Shown here one piece after another: positions 52,476 to 64,000 of a DNA stretch of 64,000 nucleotides. Each line of letters starts with the position of its first letter. Within the stretch, counting starts at the first letter, position 1. Location: positions 6,324,001 to 6,388,000 of the forward strand of contig NC_089429.1 of the NCBI RefSeq assembly GCF_026210795.1, in the 5' to 3' direction. The notes beneath the pieces are model-generated. The model was given only the letters and a program-made list of their open reading frames with translations. It did not search any database and was not told the origin of the DNA. This DNA is from Rhizophagus irregularis. Lineage: Eukaryota. Made by a program: the position numbers and the translations under genes.

Positions 52476-54134
52476 AAAATTTTTTTTATTATTGTAAATA
52501 AATTGTTACACAATTTTTATATAGTTCGTAAAACATTTATCTACAAGCCACCAAGCCACACTATTCTAATTTCTAAAAAGTGTATAGTTTCTGAAAAATT
52601 CAGAAATTTTTTTGGAAAGATATATGATTATAAAAATATCAAAATTATTATTTTTTTTTTTTAAAAAAAAAATCAATAGAAAAAATCAAATAAAAATTCG
52701 CTAAAAAAATTGAGCCTTTTAGTGGTGTAATAAATACAGAATAAATCAGGCGCAGACATATCACGCGTTTCATGTTACACAATTCAAACTAATTTACCAA
52801 CTCACCAACGGTTACCGTTCCTTAGTTTTATTCATCTTTACTTGGCCGGTCAGCCCTTTCTCATGTATTACTTTACAAAAACATAATAAATGAACGAAAA
52901 AGTAAGTAATATTATATATTGAAACAAGCAATATTGAATATTTTCAGTTATTTGTAATTATTTAAACACTAAGTTACTTATTTTGTAATTTAAATAATTT
53001 AATATGTATTAGGGGCAATACTATTGCTTATTATTATTGTTAGCTACAAGAGGTTTTGAATTCATTATAACTTATCAGTTTGAATTTCCACCAAAACAAA
53101 TATGGCAATACGGATAATCTATTACACAAAGAAAATTATTTTTTTGTTTTAAAAAATAAAATTATTAATGCTTCTTTTAATAATAAGAACATTACATTTT
53201 TGCTCATCCGTTAATTAACTTTCCTCCTTTTTTAAAGTTTAAAGAAAAAAACGGAGCAGAAAAAACAAGAATAAAAGGTGGTTTGAAAGCTGGGTAGATC
53301 ATATAATTCTGGTCGGTTAATTCAGGCCAAATATAGATCACGTGGTAGTGGAAAAAATTTTGTTTGATTTACAAATTAATGTTTGATCAGCTGATCTATA
53401 TCGAAATAACGTGGAATTATTGTGGAATTATTATAAATTATTATTTCCTTCAAATACATTACTTAATCATCCAAATTTTATTTAACATTTAAATACATAT
53501 AAAGTATGTAATTTTTTGGATTTAATTTCTTATCATTAATCAAATTATTTATTGAAAATAAAGTTAATTTATATACTTTTTGATTTCGAAATTTTCCATA
53601 CTTTTTTTTAGGTAGTGATTGTTGTTTTAATTCTACCCTTCAATTAATCCAACAAAAACCAAAATTCGTTTACAATATTAAAAACTTAAATATTTATTTA
53701 AATGGATATTGTGATCATTATGATTATAATAATTTATCATCATCATTTATTGAAGAAAGTATATCCGAACTGATTAATTCACATAATTATTTAAAAAATT
53801 TAAATATTTTTAATTGTTCAAATACCTTAAAAATAATTATATTTCATAAAATTAATTTAAAGAGTTTGAAAATTAATTTTAATGAAGCATTTGAACAACA
53901 AAATATTTTAGAATCTATTCATATTATTATTCATTGTTATCTTTTAAATTTAAATTCTACTTTTATTCAACAAATTATTAATCTAACTAAACCATTTAAA
54001 TTAAAATCTTTATTTATAGATAATTATTTTACATTACAAATTGAAACATTTAAATTATTATTACAGAAGTCTGGTAATTACTTAGAAAATATTGTATTCG
54101 GATTATCAAGAAATAATGAACATAATAATAAATA

Positions 54135-56239
54135 GGGGTCGCCTGAGCGATCATCGCCTTGGTTTTTTTTTCAAATATACAGTATCACATGATGTACAAT
54201 ATATAGTTAAGGGACAAATCGCCACTCAACCGGAGAATTTTAATAATGCCGATTTACGCAAATTATCGCTAAAAATGGCTAATACTCCTTTTTTACCGGA
54301 TTGTCATATCATCATGTGATATGATACACAAATTTTAAAGACGGTAATTAATAGTGACAATCCTAGCTAAGCCACTTGCAAAGTTTGAAATCGCTAGAGT
54401 TTCGCGTCTTTGACTTTTCTATGTAGGAACGCAAGATTCCGACGGTAAATTTCCTATTAACCCAAATATTGGATGAAAAATTTTTGAACATTTTTCACTG
54501 TAACTAAGCTATATTTGGTTTTTTATTTAGTTTTTAAATCTTTATTTAGTTTTATTTGAATCTTTTTAATATTCACATTCTTTGTTAAACTTGTACAGTT
54601 TCTACTAAAACTACATATGTATACCTATAGTGCAAGTTTATGAAATATTTTTTTTGGACATGAAAGTTATTGTATACTGTTTTTTTTCACTTATTGGAAA
54701 AAAAATTATAGTAAAGAACAAGAAATTCCAAAAAATTTTTTTTTATTAATTACAAAGCCCGTAAAATTAATTATAGAATGTCGATCATTTTCTCCGGTTG
54801 AATGACGATCTGTCTCTTAAATTTATTAATCGGCTGATCGCTGATTTTTTTAACTTAGCTATTTTTTGATCGGTTAAACTTAAAATTTTATTGCGAAGAT
54901 ATTTTTAAAAATTTTTTTTGCAAACATATTTATTCAAAATAATCTTATTTAATGAAATTTTATTTGCAAATATTAAAATTTAAGTCACACATTTACGATT
55001 TTAAAGAAAAAATCACCATATTTATTTTTAATGAAGTGATACAAATAAAAAAAACAATAACAATAAATAATGAGAAGTGATAGGAAACAAAAGGAGAAAT
55101 AGGACATGATGAGAGATGAAAGGGAGTGATGGGAGACGAAAAGAAGTGATGGGAGACGAAGAGGAGTGATGGGAGATGATAAGGAGTGATTGGAGACGAA
55201 AAGAAGTGATGAGAGACCAAAAGAAGTGATGGGAGATGAAAAGGAGCGATGGGAAATGAAAAGAAGTGATACGAAGATGAAGAGGAGTGATGGGAGTCGA
55301 TAAGGAGTGATTGGAGACGAAAAGAAGTGATAGGAAGATTAAGAGGAGTGATGGGAGACGAAAAGAAGTGATGAGAGACAAAGGGGAGTGATGGGAGATG
55401 ATAAGGAGTGATTGGAGACGAAAAGAAGTGATGGGAGACGAATAGAAGTGATGGGAGACGAAAAGGAGCGATGGAAATGAAAAGAAGTGATAGGAAGATG
55501 AAGAGGAGTGATGGGAGACGAAAAGAAGTGATGGGAGACAAAGAGGGAGACGATAAGAAGTGATGGGAGACGAAAAGGAGTGATGAGAGGCGAAAAGGAG
55601 TGATGGGAGACGAAAAGGAGTGATGAGAGGCGAAAAGGAGTGATGGGAGACGAAAAGGAGTGATGAGAGGCGAAAAGGAGTGATGGGAGACGAAAAGAAG
55701 TGAAGTGATGGGAAGATGAAGAGGAGTGATGGGATGGAATAATGAGAAGTAATACAAAAAATAAGAAAATGATCATAATAGGAGGTTGGGTAATGATAGA
55801 AAACTAAATAAAAAATAAAACCATAAAGTAAAAAAAAATGTAGTTAGTAAGAAACGAAATATGAGATAGAAACGAAATAAATAAAAATAAATAAAAATAA
55901 AATACATACCTTTATTAATTGTAGAACCGAAGGAACTAAAATATCTAAAAAAAAAATGGTGAAAAACGAAATATGAAACAGAAACAAAATAAAAAAAAAT
56001 AAAAAAATGAGTAAGAAACGAAACGTAAAGTGAAAAACAACTGAACCTTAATTGCAGAACCGGAAGGACTAAAGGACCTAAAAATAATGAAATAGAGTAT
56101 TAAGAAACAAAGTGTAAGTAGAATATAGTTAGAAATAAAATAAAAGAAAGAAGAATACCTTGAGACAGAAAGAACCGAGGAATCAAAAATATTAAATCTG
56201 TCACGTGATCGAAGACCCAGGCGACGCTTAGCAATTCCC
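54135..56239. mobile_element. Non-autonomous MULE-like element (2.1 kb)
   Basis: GGG...CCC ends with imperfect TIR (GGGGTCGCCTGAGCGATCATCGCC vs GGGAATTGCTAAGCGTCGCC). ATAATAAAT duplicated at 54125-54133 and 56240-56248. The host gene continues across it. Confidence 0.8.
55065..55735 (+). repeat. Purine-rich minisatellite, ~20-bp unit GGGAGACGAAAAGAAGTGAT
   Basis: About 30 degenerate tandem copies with a higher-order period of ~120 bp. Confidence 0.95.
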
Positions 56240-57189
56240 ATAATAAATTTATTTAAATTAGTTAAAATTTATTGTGTTAAGATCAAATTTTTAGAAATAT
56301 TTGGAATTAAATTATCTTTCTATTAATTTCTATCGACTTAATCATAAAATTGATTCAATTATATTACACAAATTCTTCCTAATAAATTAGAATATTAAAT
56401 ATAAATGATTTGGAAATATTTTTTAAAAATTCACAAAATATTTTTATTAAGAAATTATTAATCGGAAATCTGATAAATAGACTAAGTGAAGAAATTTTAT
56501 CTTGTATTAAGAAATACATTATGAAAGAAAAAAGGTTCGCATATCTGATATTTAGTTATGGATGAACTTTACCCTAATAATGAAATAAAACATCTGTTTG
56601 AATTAAAAGATGAAGTAGAATAATTTTAAATTTTATGTATTCAAGTTAAAAATTATCGTGATTTATGTATTAATGATTGTAATTTTATAAACGGATTATA
56701 TTAATTATGAACTTGCAGTCATCGAGAAATCTATAGATTATTTTAGTGAAAAAATGGATATTGATTGTGTTTGAAATAGTTTTATCATAAATATTGGTTT
56801 ATATTGACAAAAATAATTTTTTTTCTTTCTTGAACGCTTTTATTGTAATATAACTTTATTATTAATAAAAAAAAATGGAATAAATTAAAATAAGTATTAT
56901 ACTAATTACCTATGTAATTCGTTAATTTTTAATTTTAAGCAATTTTATTCTTACAAAAAATCAAAAAATCATAACTTTAGGAGACGACTGAGGCGTAATG
57001 TTTGATCTGTCATGTGAACATCATTTGATCATCATTATGGTCGCACAGAACAAATTTAATTTGTCCGGACTCCGGAGTTTATTTTCCGGTATTTATTTCC
57101 GTTTTTTTTTTTTAAAAAAAAAAAAGTTTTTAAACCCATTTTGTAAAAAATATCTAAAGTTACCTTAAAAAAAATTTCAATTATTAAAA

Positions 57190-58677
57190 ATGTCAAAGCT
57201 CAATAAAGATATTCTTTTCTTAATATCTCAAGAATTACAAGATGATTCGATATCCCTTTTTTCATGTCTAATGGTCAATAGACTTTGGTGTGAAACTGTA
57301 ATTCCAATTTTATGGAGGAATCCTTGGTGCTATGATATTGATTATTATAATAAAAATTATTTGTTTAAAATTATCGTTTCTTATTTGTCTGATGATATTA
57401 AAGAATTCTTAACGAGACAAGGAATTCAATTACTGACAGTCTCACGCCAACTACTTATGTTTGATTATTTATCTCTTTGTAGAAGCATTGATGCTCATAC
57501 TATAAATATTATAGCTTCTATTGGATCATCTTTAGCTTATAATAATTTTATTTTACAACAAGAATTTTATAATCTCTTTATGAAAAAATTCCCAGAATTA
57601 AAGTATTTGAATATGAGTACAATTAAACATCAAATATTTTATTTTCCAGAAGCTAAGCTTCGTTTTGAATCACTTTGTGAATTAAAATGCGACACATCAA
57701 TAGATTCTTCCTATTTTTATGGTTTGGCACGGCTATGTCAATATATACAGAGACTCATCATTGATAATGTAGATGAAAGCTCAGATAATCATGATGGGAT
57801 TGCTAAATTAATTAGAGTTCAAAAAAATTTAAAGTATTTTGAATGGAAAGATGATGATACTTTACGTATTTCTAGACCAGGCCGAGATCCTTACAAAGAG
57901 ATTGTTCTTGCAATAGAAAATAAGGTAGATACTATCAATCACTTAAAATTAGACTTCAATTACAGGAGTCCCACAAAGCATGATGTACTCCCGAAATTTT
58001 ATAAACTAAAAATATTGAGTGTTAGTTTTTATTATTTCAGCGAAGAACAATTAAAAATGTTAGTTTATCGTGATCTTGAGATCTTTGAAATAGATTGTTA
58101 CGAATTAAAAGCAGCTTATTTTATAATTGAAAATAGCGGAGGGCATCTAAAGAAAATTTGTTTAAGACCACCCTATGAGATTGATGGCCATGTAAGGAAT
58201 TTTGATGATAATTCCCTCATTTTTATTCGTAAAGTTTATGAAAGATGTCTTTCAATTGAATATCTACCTCTTATATTTCCACCATTAAAGCAGCATTTTA
58301 GTGAATTTGAAAAATTATTAAAAATTTGTCAAAATTTGAAGTCATTATTATTGGTTATACATGCAAATGATGTGATACCTGAAGAAAACCAACTTTTAGA
58401 AAATGGAGAAGAGTTATTAGAAATATTAATTAGATCAGCACCAACTAGCTTAAGAGAAATCAGATTTATTGGTGATGTTAAATTTTCTTTGGAAACCTTG
58501 GAAGAATTTTTAGAAAAATGGAGGGGCAGACCTGCACTTTCCATAATTACACCCAATTATATTCTAGGAGAAAAAAAATATAAAAAATTGATTAGTAAAT
58601 ACAAGAATAATGGAGTAATTAAAAATTTTAGTTGTGAATTTATTGAAAATGTAGTAAATATGGACTTTAAAATTTGA
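57190..58677 (+). CDS. F-box/LRR-like domain protein (495 aa, single exon)
   Basis: Intact ORF. N-terminal MSKLNKDILFLI...SLFSCLMVNRLWCETVIPILWRNPW F-box-like motif followed by leucine-rich repeat-like segments. Confidence 0.9.
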   Translation: MSKLNKDILFLISQELQDDSISLFSCLMVNRLWCETVIPILWRNPWCYDIDYYNKNYLFKIIVSYLSDDIKEFLTRQGIQLLTVSRQLLMFDYLSLCRSIDAHTINIIASIGSSLAYNNFILQQEFYNLFMKKFPELKYLNMSTIKHQIFYFPEAKLRFESLCELKCDTSIDSSYFYGLARLCQYIQRLIIDNVDESSDNHDGIAKLIRVQKNLKYFEWKDDDTLRISRPGRDPYKEIVLAIENKVDTINHLKLDFNYRSPTKHDVLPKFYKLKILSVSFYYFSEEQLKMLVYRDLEIFEIDCYELKAAYFIIENSGGHLKKICLRPPYEIDGHVRNFDDNSLIFIRKVYERCLSIEYLPLIFPPLKQHFSEFEKLLKICQNLKSLLLVIHANDVIPEENQLLENGEELLEILIRSAPTSLREIRFIGDVKFSLETLEEFLEKWRGRPALSIITPNYILGEKKYKKLISKYKNNGVIKNFSCEFIENVVNMDFKI

Positions 58678-60275
58678 GTATTATGTTATTATTTTATAAT
58701 GATGGTATTAAAAATATTTGATGATTATATATTTGAAAATGTCAAATGATGATTGTCACTACTGTGGTAATTTTCACCAGTCCAATTTTTTTAAATTTTA
58801 TAAGATTTAATATGGTATCAAGAAAATAATTAACTACACATATTAAAAAGTTACCTTGTATGTAAATTTATAAGAAGTAGAGATTTATCCAAGGTCAAAA
58901 AATGCTGTTTTCAGCAAAATTTTGATTTTTTTAATTTTTTTTCACTTTAATTTTTTTTTTTTTTGACAAACATTTTAAAAGTTTGTTATAGTTAACATCA
59001 AATTATTATTTGTTAAAATTTTTACGATCAGTATTTTTTAACTTTGGCAAAAATTATAAACTGGCATTTTAAATGGCCGGAATTAAATGGTAACAATCGC
59101 TGGTGGTGATAATCGGTAAGACTTAGTAACTATGAAATATGCTGTATTCTAATAAATAAAAATGATTATAAGTTTATACCTTTTTTTTTTTAAAATGTAT
59201 GCATGGTATTACACTATTAAAGCAGTAACCATACTATTCAGACTGCAAATGTATACATTAAAATAATAAGTTTATATCGTTCATTAAAAATCTATTATTA
59301 TATTTGTGAGTTTATTATGCAATTGGGACACTTCGCTTTATTCCTATTATCTAATTTTGTGCAGCTTATTAATAAATGTTGGTAATAAAATAATGGCATC
59401 ATACATGCTCGTTATGTAATAAATATTTTGTTAATAATAAATATTAAATTATAAAACTTAATTTAAAAGGTTTTAAAAATAAAACATATGAGAAAACAAT
59501 TTAAATTTGTAAATAGATTTACCAAGTGACGAAACATATTGCAATATATTATTTGTCATCACATCACAAGGTTAAGTCAACTTGAGGTTATACGTTGAAT
59601 AAGATACCCTAAAGTTATAAACAATAACTTAGCTATCAGAGAAAAAAAAGGCACTCACCATAGTACCGCAGATCAATCTTATTACCGATCCAAGTCTAAA
59701 GGGCAAATGAATGAAAAAAAAACAGCAAAAAAATAATTAGAAAGAAATATTATTAAGAGTCAAAAAGGGCATTTACCATAATACCACAGCGTCAATCTGA
59801 TCGCTAATCTAGATCATATGATATATTAATAATAATTTGTTTGATTTGTTTAACACAGGATGTTAATTACACATTTCATTTCTCGGCTAGTAGAATTCAT
59901 AGAATTTCACGATTCAAGTAGATAAATTTTTGGATTTGTATAATAAAATTATGCTATGTTATATGAATTTTTTTAAATTTTTTGATCATGTGCATTGGAA
60001 AAAATAGAGCAATATCTATTTTGGCTTATATACAATTATTTGTAAAATACTATTGCGTAATAGCCAAATGTATTAAAAAATTTTTACTTGCAAAAAAAAT
60101 GTGATTAATAAATTTTTTTTTGAGCATTCATATTACCGTACTATTTTTTCTTAAAAATTTTTTTATTATGAATATTACATTTATTTATAAATACATTCAT
60201 TATCTTACACTAATACAGGTTTCTAAATGCTTTATTTACGTACTGCCATCACCTACACGCCACACCTCCGTCTTT

Positions 60276-61877
60276 TTAAACAAAATCATACACAGTAATA
60301 TATAAATCACAGTATTCATGAACTATAATATTATGTAATTTAAATTCATTTACTACAGTTTTAAACCAAAACAAATCAAGCCCATCAAAAATAGCTAAAT
60401 ATTTAACCCTTTTCGGCTTCATAATATATTCCTTCATACAATTTATAAAAAGCTTTTTATCATTATACACTCCCATATTTTTAATTAATAATTTCTTAAT
60501 AAAAGTATTTTGTGAATTTTTTAAAAATATTTCCAGATCACTTATAATAAATGGAAGAGATAAACATAAATATTCTAATTTAGAAGGAAGAACCTGTCCT
60601 AAATTCTGTAATACAGTTAAACTTAATCCTTTATAAATAGTATCTTCGTATAAATTTACTTCAATTGTGATATAATTAATAGTATTTTGATTATTTTTAA
60701 TGAATAGATAAATATCTTTATAATTAGGAAAACCAAAATCAAAATATTTAATATTTTTACAATATCTCATAATAAATTCAAATAATTGTTGTTTTTGTTT
60801 ATCATATTTACCATAAGTAAATCCAAATCCAAAATTTTCTAAACATTCACAAAATTTTTGTAATAATAATAATAATGACTGAATATGTAATATTTCATCC
60901 AAAAACAAAGATTTCAATTTAAGAGGTTTAATAACCTTAATAATTTGTTGAACAAAATCAAAATTTAAAGATCGACAATAACAAATATGAATGGATTCTA
61001 AAACATTCAATTGATTAAAAACCTCTTGTAAGACACCAAGTATATTTGTAAAATCAATGTAACAAAATATAATTGTATTTAAAGTATTTGAACAATTATA
61101 ATTTTTTAATGATAAAAATGTTTTATATAAAATAGGATCTAATTCAAATGAAATTTGTTTGAGATTATGTTGTGAAATAATTATTTGTAATATATAGTTT
61201 TTAAATAATGTAATATCATTGATACTACATTTAGTAAAATTAAAAAACATTGATGAGATTGAATTGCAATTAGAATATAAAAATTCCAAAAGTGAAATAA
61301 TATTTTGAGATAAAAAAGCATCACAGAATATTACTAAATTTCTGATATTGCATGTAAGATTTGGATTTTGTAAAATTAAATCTATATTATCATTGAAATT
61401 TTTACAATTTTTACCCTTAGATATTACAATTTCAAAAGTATGTAAATTTCCTTCATTTTCAATGAACACTTCAAATAATGACCTATAAACTAAGTATCCT
61501 ATCATATCATCGGTTATATCCAATAAAGCTCTCATCCAATAAATAATAGAACGACGAATTTTATTCGTATCTAAGTTTTTAATGAAACTGGGATAATTGA
61601 ATAATGTATTTGAAGATAATACATTATTACTAATTCCATATTCAATAAGCTTTGCTTTGTTATCTTCATTTAAAAAGCATAAATAAGTAGCAATACAACG
61701 ATAATGATGAGCAGGAACTGAAAATGGATCTTCCCATAATAATGGAATTGCTAAACGACACCATAATCTATTAACTAATATACATGAGTACAATGTTGAC
61801 AAATCTTTTCTAAAATTTTGTATAATTTCATATAATAATTCAGGTAAATTTCCTGAAAATATTTTTGAGCATGCCAT
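60276..61877 (-). CDS. F-box/LRR-like domain protein (533 aa, single exon)
   Basis: Intact ORF. MACSKIFSGNLPELLYEII...TLYSCILVNRLWCRLAIPLLWEDPFS. The start at 61877 is supported by the paralog start at 24195. Confidence 0.9.
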   Translation of the reverse strand: MACSKIFSGNLPELLYEIIQNFRKDLSTLYSCILVNRLWCRLAIPLLWEDPFSVPAHHYRCIATYLCFLNEDNKAKLIEYGISNNVLSSNTLFNYPSFIKNLDTNKIRRSIIYWMRALLDITDDMIGYLVYRSLFEVFIENEGNLHTFEIVISKGKNCKNFNDNIDLILQNPNLTCNIRNLVIFCDAFLSQNIISLLEFLYSNCNSISSMFFNFTKCSINDITLFKNYILQIIISQHNLKQISFELDPILYKTFLSLKNYNCSNTLNTIIFCYIDFTNILGVLQEVFNQLNVLESIHICYCRSLNFDFVQQIIKVIKPLKLKSLFLDEILHIQSLLLLLQKFCECLENFGFGFTYGKYDKQKQQLFEFIMRYCKNIKYFDFGFPNYKDIYLFIKNNQNTINYITIEVNLYEDTIYKGLSLTVLQNLGQVLPSKLEYLCLSLPFIISDLEIFLKNSQNTFIKKLLIKNMGVYNDKKLFINCMKEYIMKPKRVKYLAIFDGLDLFWFKTVVNEFKLHNIIVHEYCDLYITVYDFV

Positions 61878-61974
61878 GTCGGATTGTCGGTAAAGGAAAT
61901 GGGAGTTTGCTTTCATTTCGAAATGAAATATGTTTATAAATTTTTGGAGTCGTACAATTTATTTAGTTATTCCA

Positions 61975-62044
61975 TAAAAAGACAACAAAAGAATCACAAA
62001 TAACATGCTATAAAAAGACAACAAAAGAATCACAAATAACATGT
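61975..62044. repeat. Tandem duplication (~35 bp x2) upstream of the F-box gene
   Basis: ataaaaagacaacaaaagaatcacaaataacatg occurs twice; the paralog's upstream region (~24085-24120) has one copy. Confidence 0.85.
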
Positions 62045-63439
62045 AAATCATTCCTATCGGGCAGATGGTAATTCCGGCTGCCGATCTCTAATTTTGTTTC
62101 AACATATGATATTTAAAAATTCCTAACTTTTATAAGCAAGTTTATTGTCCAATAAAAAATTACTACGTGATTTCAAGTTCTAGTTAGAATTTCGTATATA
62201 TATCACGTTATTTTTATTTTCAAAATTATATGATCTCAATTGAAAATTAAATTCAACTATTATTCAACTTAACGAATTAAGACATTTAACGAAATTATGA
62301 CTTCATCAAATTCAAATATATTGACATATATTGAAAAATATATGATCAATTAATATAGAGAAATTACCAAAAAAAGTATCAATGTTCATATTTATTAAGA
62401 ATTTGTCAATTATAAATTTTCTTATTTTTATTTGATAAACATTAAAGTTTATTTTACATATATCACTTGTAACATTCTTTTTATATTGTAATAATAAAAT
62501 GGAAATTATAAATATTACCCAATTAATAATTAATTTCATTATGTTAGACAACATAGACTGGATTTGTGTAATTTTATCAATTTCATCACTAGGAAATGTT
62601 ATTTAGTAATTTTTTCATTCATTATATATGAATACAATTAAATTTATGATGTACGTGCATACATGATTCTTAAAAATGTAATGTACTAATTATATATTTA
62701 GTAATTGCATTGCACATAAATTTTTTTTTTAGAACAATTATGCTGTTACGCATGATTTTTTTTTTTTTTCAAAGAAATGTAGAAATGTACTAAGAATAAA
62801 TTTACTTTTAATTTAATATACAATTTTTTTATAAGTAATTTTGAATTTTTTTTTTTATTTTAAATGTGATGTCTATATTTAAAACAATTGAACCATATGC
62901 ATGAGACTTTTAACAATTTAAATGGTGGTATTGTCAATTTTATTTATAAATTGATATTTTACAATAAATAATACCAAATTCCATTAATTCTTACATTTTT
63001 ATAATACTCAGCCGATTAACTTTAAATTTTATGACAATACAATAATATTTGTAATAATCCTTTTAATATTCTAATCATAACCATACATATATTATTTTAT
63101 ATTCATTTATATTAAAAACTCACTGTACCTAAAGTACACTAGTTAAAGTATTATAATAAAATTTATAATATTAGGCAGCATAATTACTAGAGTTTCGTCT
63201 CAATTTTTCCAGAATTTATAATTGCAAAATCTTCTTGAATTTCTATTTCCTTGTATTTTTTTTATTTACAAAATATGTGCTAATTACTTACCATTAATTT
63301 TTATTTATCAATGGTAAATTTTCCTCCAAATTCCATTTCAAAATCTTATATAATGATCTATACATCTTACATCAATAAATTCTTTTAGTCTGTATTGAGT
63401 ATATTCATTAAATAAGCTAAAATCAAAAATAAATAGCAT

Positions 63440-63960
63440 AAATATCCAGAGTCACTGGATTTATTTATGGTAGCTTTTGTCATGGCGAAAAAAATGGCAA
63501 AAATAACGTATAAAAGTGGTGAAAAAAAAATTGGCTTATGAAAAAGAAAAGAGAGTTTTTGTCAAAAAGAATAAAAATAAAAATGAAAGTTGAATTTCTT
63601 TGAAGATCAATTCATCATTTATCTCTTCAGTATGTTTTGACAGAGATAGCATTTACATCAAAACCAGGTAACTAAAGAATCTAGATACTGTACCAAGATG
63701 TTATGTTCAATGTCTTTACAGATTTTGCTCCTGATTTTATGCCATCCATTATGAGCTAAATCAAGAAGCAGATTGGTTACATCCATATATATTCATCTTC
63801 TATAACTTTTGATATTAATTATATATAGGCTAACATATAAAATATAATAATTTGATTTTAGGTAATTAACCAACTGAAATAATTGAATGAAAGTGTTTGA
63901 AAAACTAATGATCCAAATCTGGGTTGATAGAAAAGTATTAATGCATAGAAATAATTTAAA
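63440..63960 (-). pseudogene. Decayed coding remnant, possibly TE-derived
   Basis: The - strand reads VTNLLLDLAHNGWHKIRSKICKDIEHNILVQYLDSLV among stops; no firm family assignment. Confidence 0.25.
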
Positions 63961-64000
63961 CTATCTATGATTGAATTATAAGTGCCTTTAAAATTAAAAT

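Larger units (their letters stand above)
53425..56704 (+). pseudogene. F-box/LRR-like pseudogene (5'-truncated), split by the 54135-56239 element
   Basis: FPSNTLLNHPNFI...CSNTLKIIIFHKINL...IINLTKPFKLKSLF...LLQKSGNYLENI, resuming after 56240 with LFKLVKIYCVKIKFL...NDLEIFFKNSQNIFIKKLLI. Similar to 60276-61877. Confidence 0.85.

Noticed and set aside
54993..55776. Three long - strand ORFs (254, 117, 145 aa)
   Set aside because: They are translations of the 20-bp minisatellite, which is open in several frames.
61878..61916. Upstream ATG extending the F-box ORF to 546 aa
   Set aside because: The paralog at 24195 begins at MACSKIF, and its upstream sequence is not in frame.

Overview
Very AT-rich eukaryotic DNA with short GT-AG introns. 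The gene families present (F-box/LRR-like, tyrosine-kinase-like, BTB-TLDc) are those expanded in arbuscular mycorrhizal fungi (Glomeromycota, Rhizophagus-like); this taxon call is an inference. Only two long ORFs look intact, both F-box/LRR-like (57190-58677 + and 60276-61877 -). The rest is mostly transposons and TE-disrupted pseudogenes, and many boundaries resolve to the base through TIRs and TSDs. (1) An 11.2-kb long-TIR element (6286-17477) splits a decayed LINE RT. It holds a young MULE (8394-13156; 9-bp TSD; one nonsense codon) whose TIRs include exon 1 and intron 1, a pogo-type MITE, and a MITE carrying an RT-less, ORF-bearing retroposon (14245-15687; 16-bp TSD). (2) A 5.2-kb insertion (39020-44230) cuts a signal-peptide-like segment off its gene and carries about 18 tandem micro-exon/intron units, a Helitron and a Harbinger MITE. 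(3) An 804-bp near-perfect palindrome sits in a kinase pseudogene. (4) A solo LTR lies next to a structured tRNA-like SINE (51996-52475; 23-bp TSD). All coordinates were read by eye; no database searches were run.
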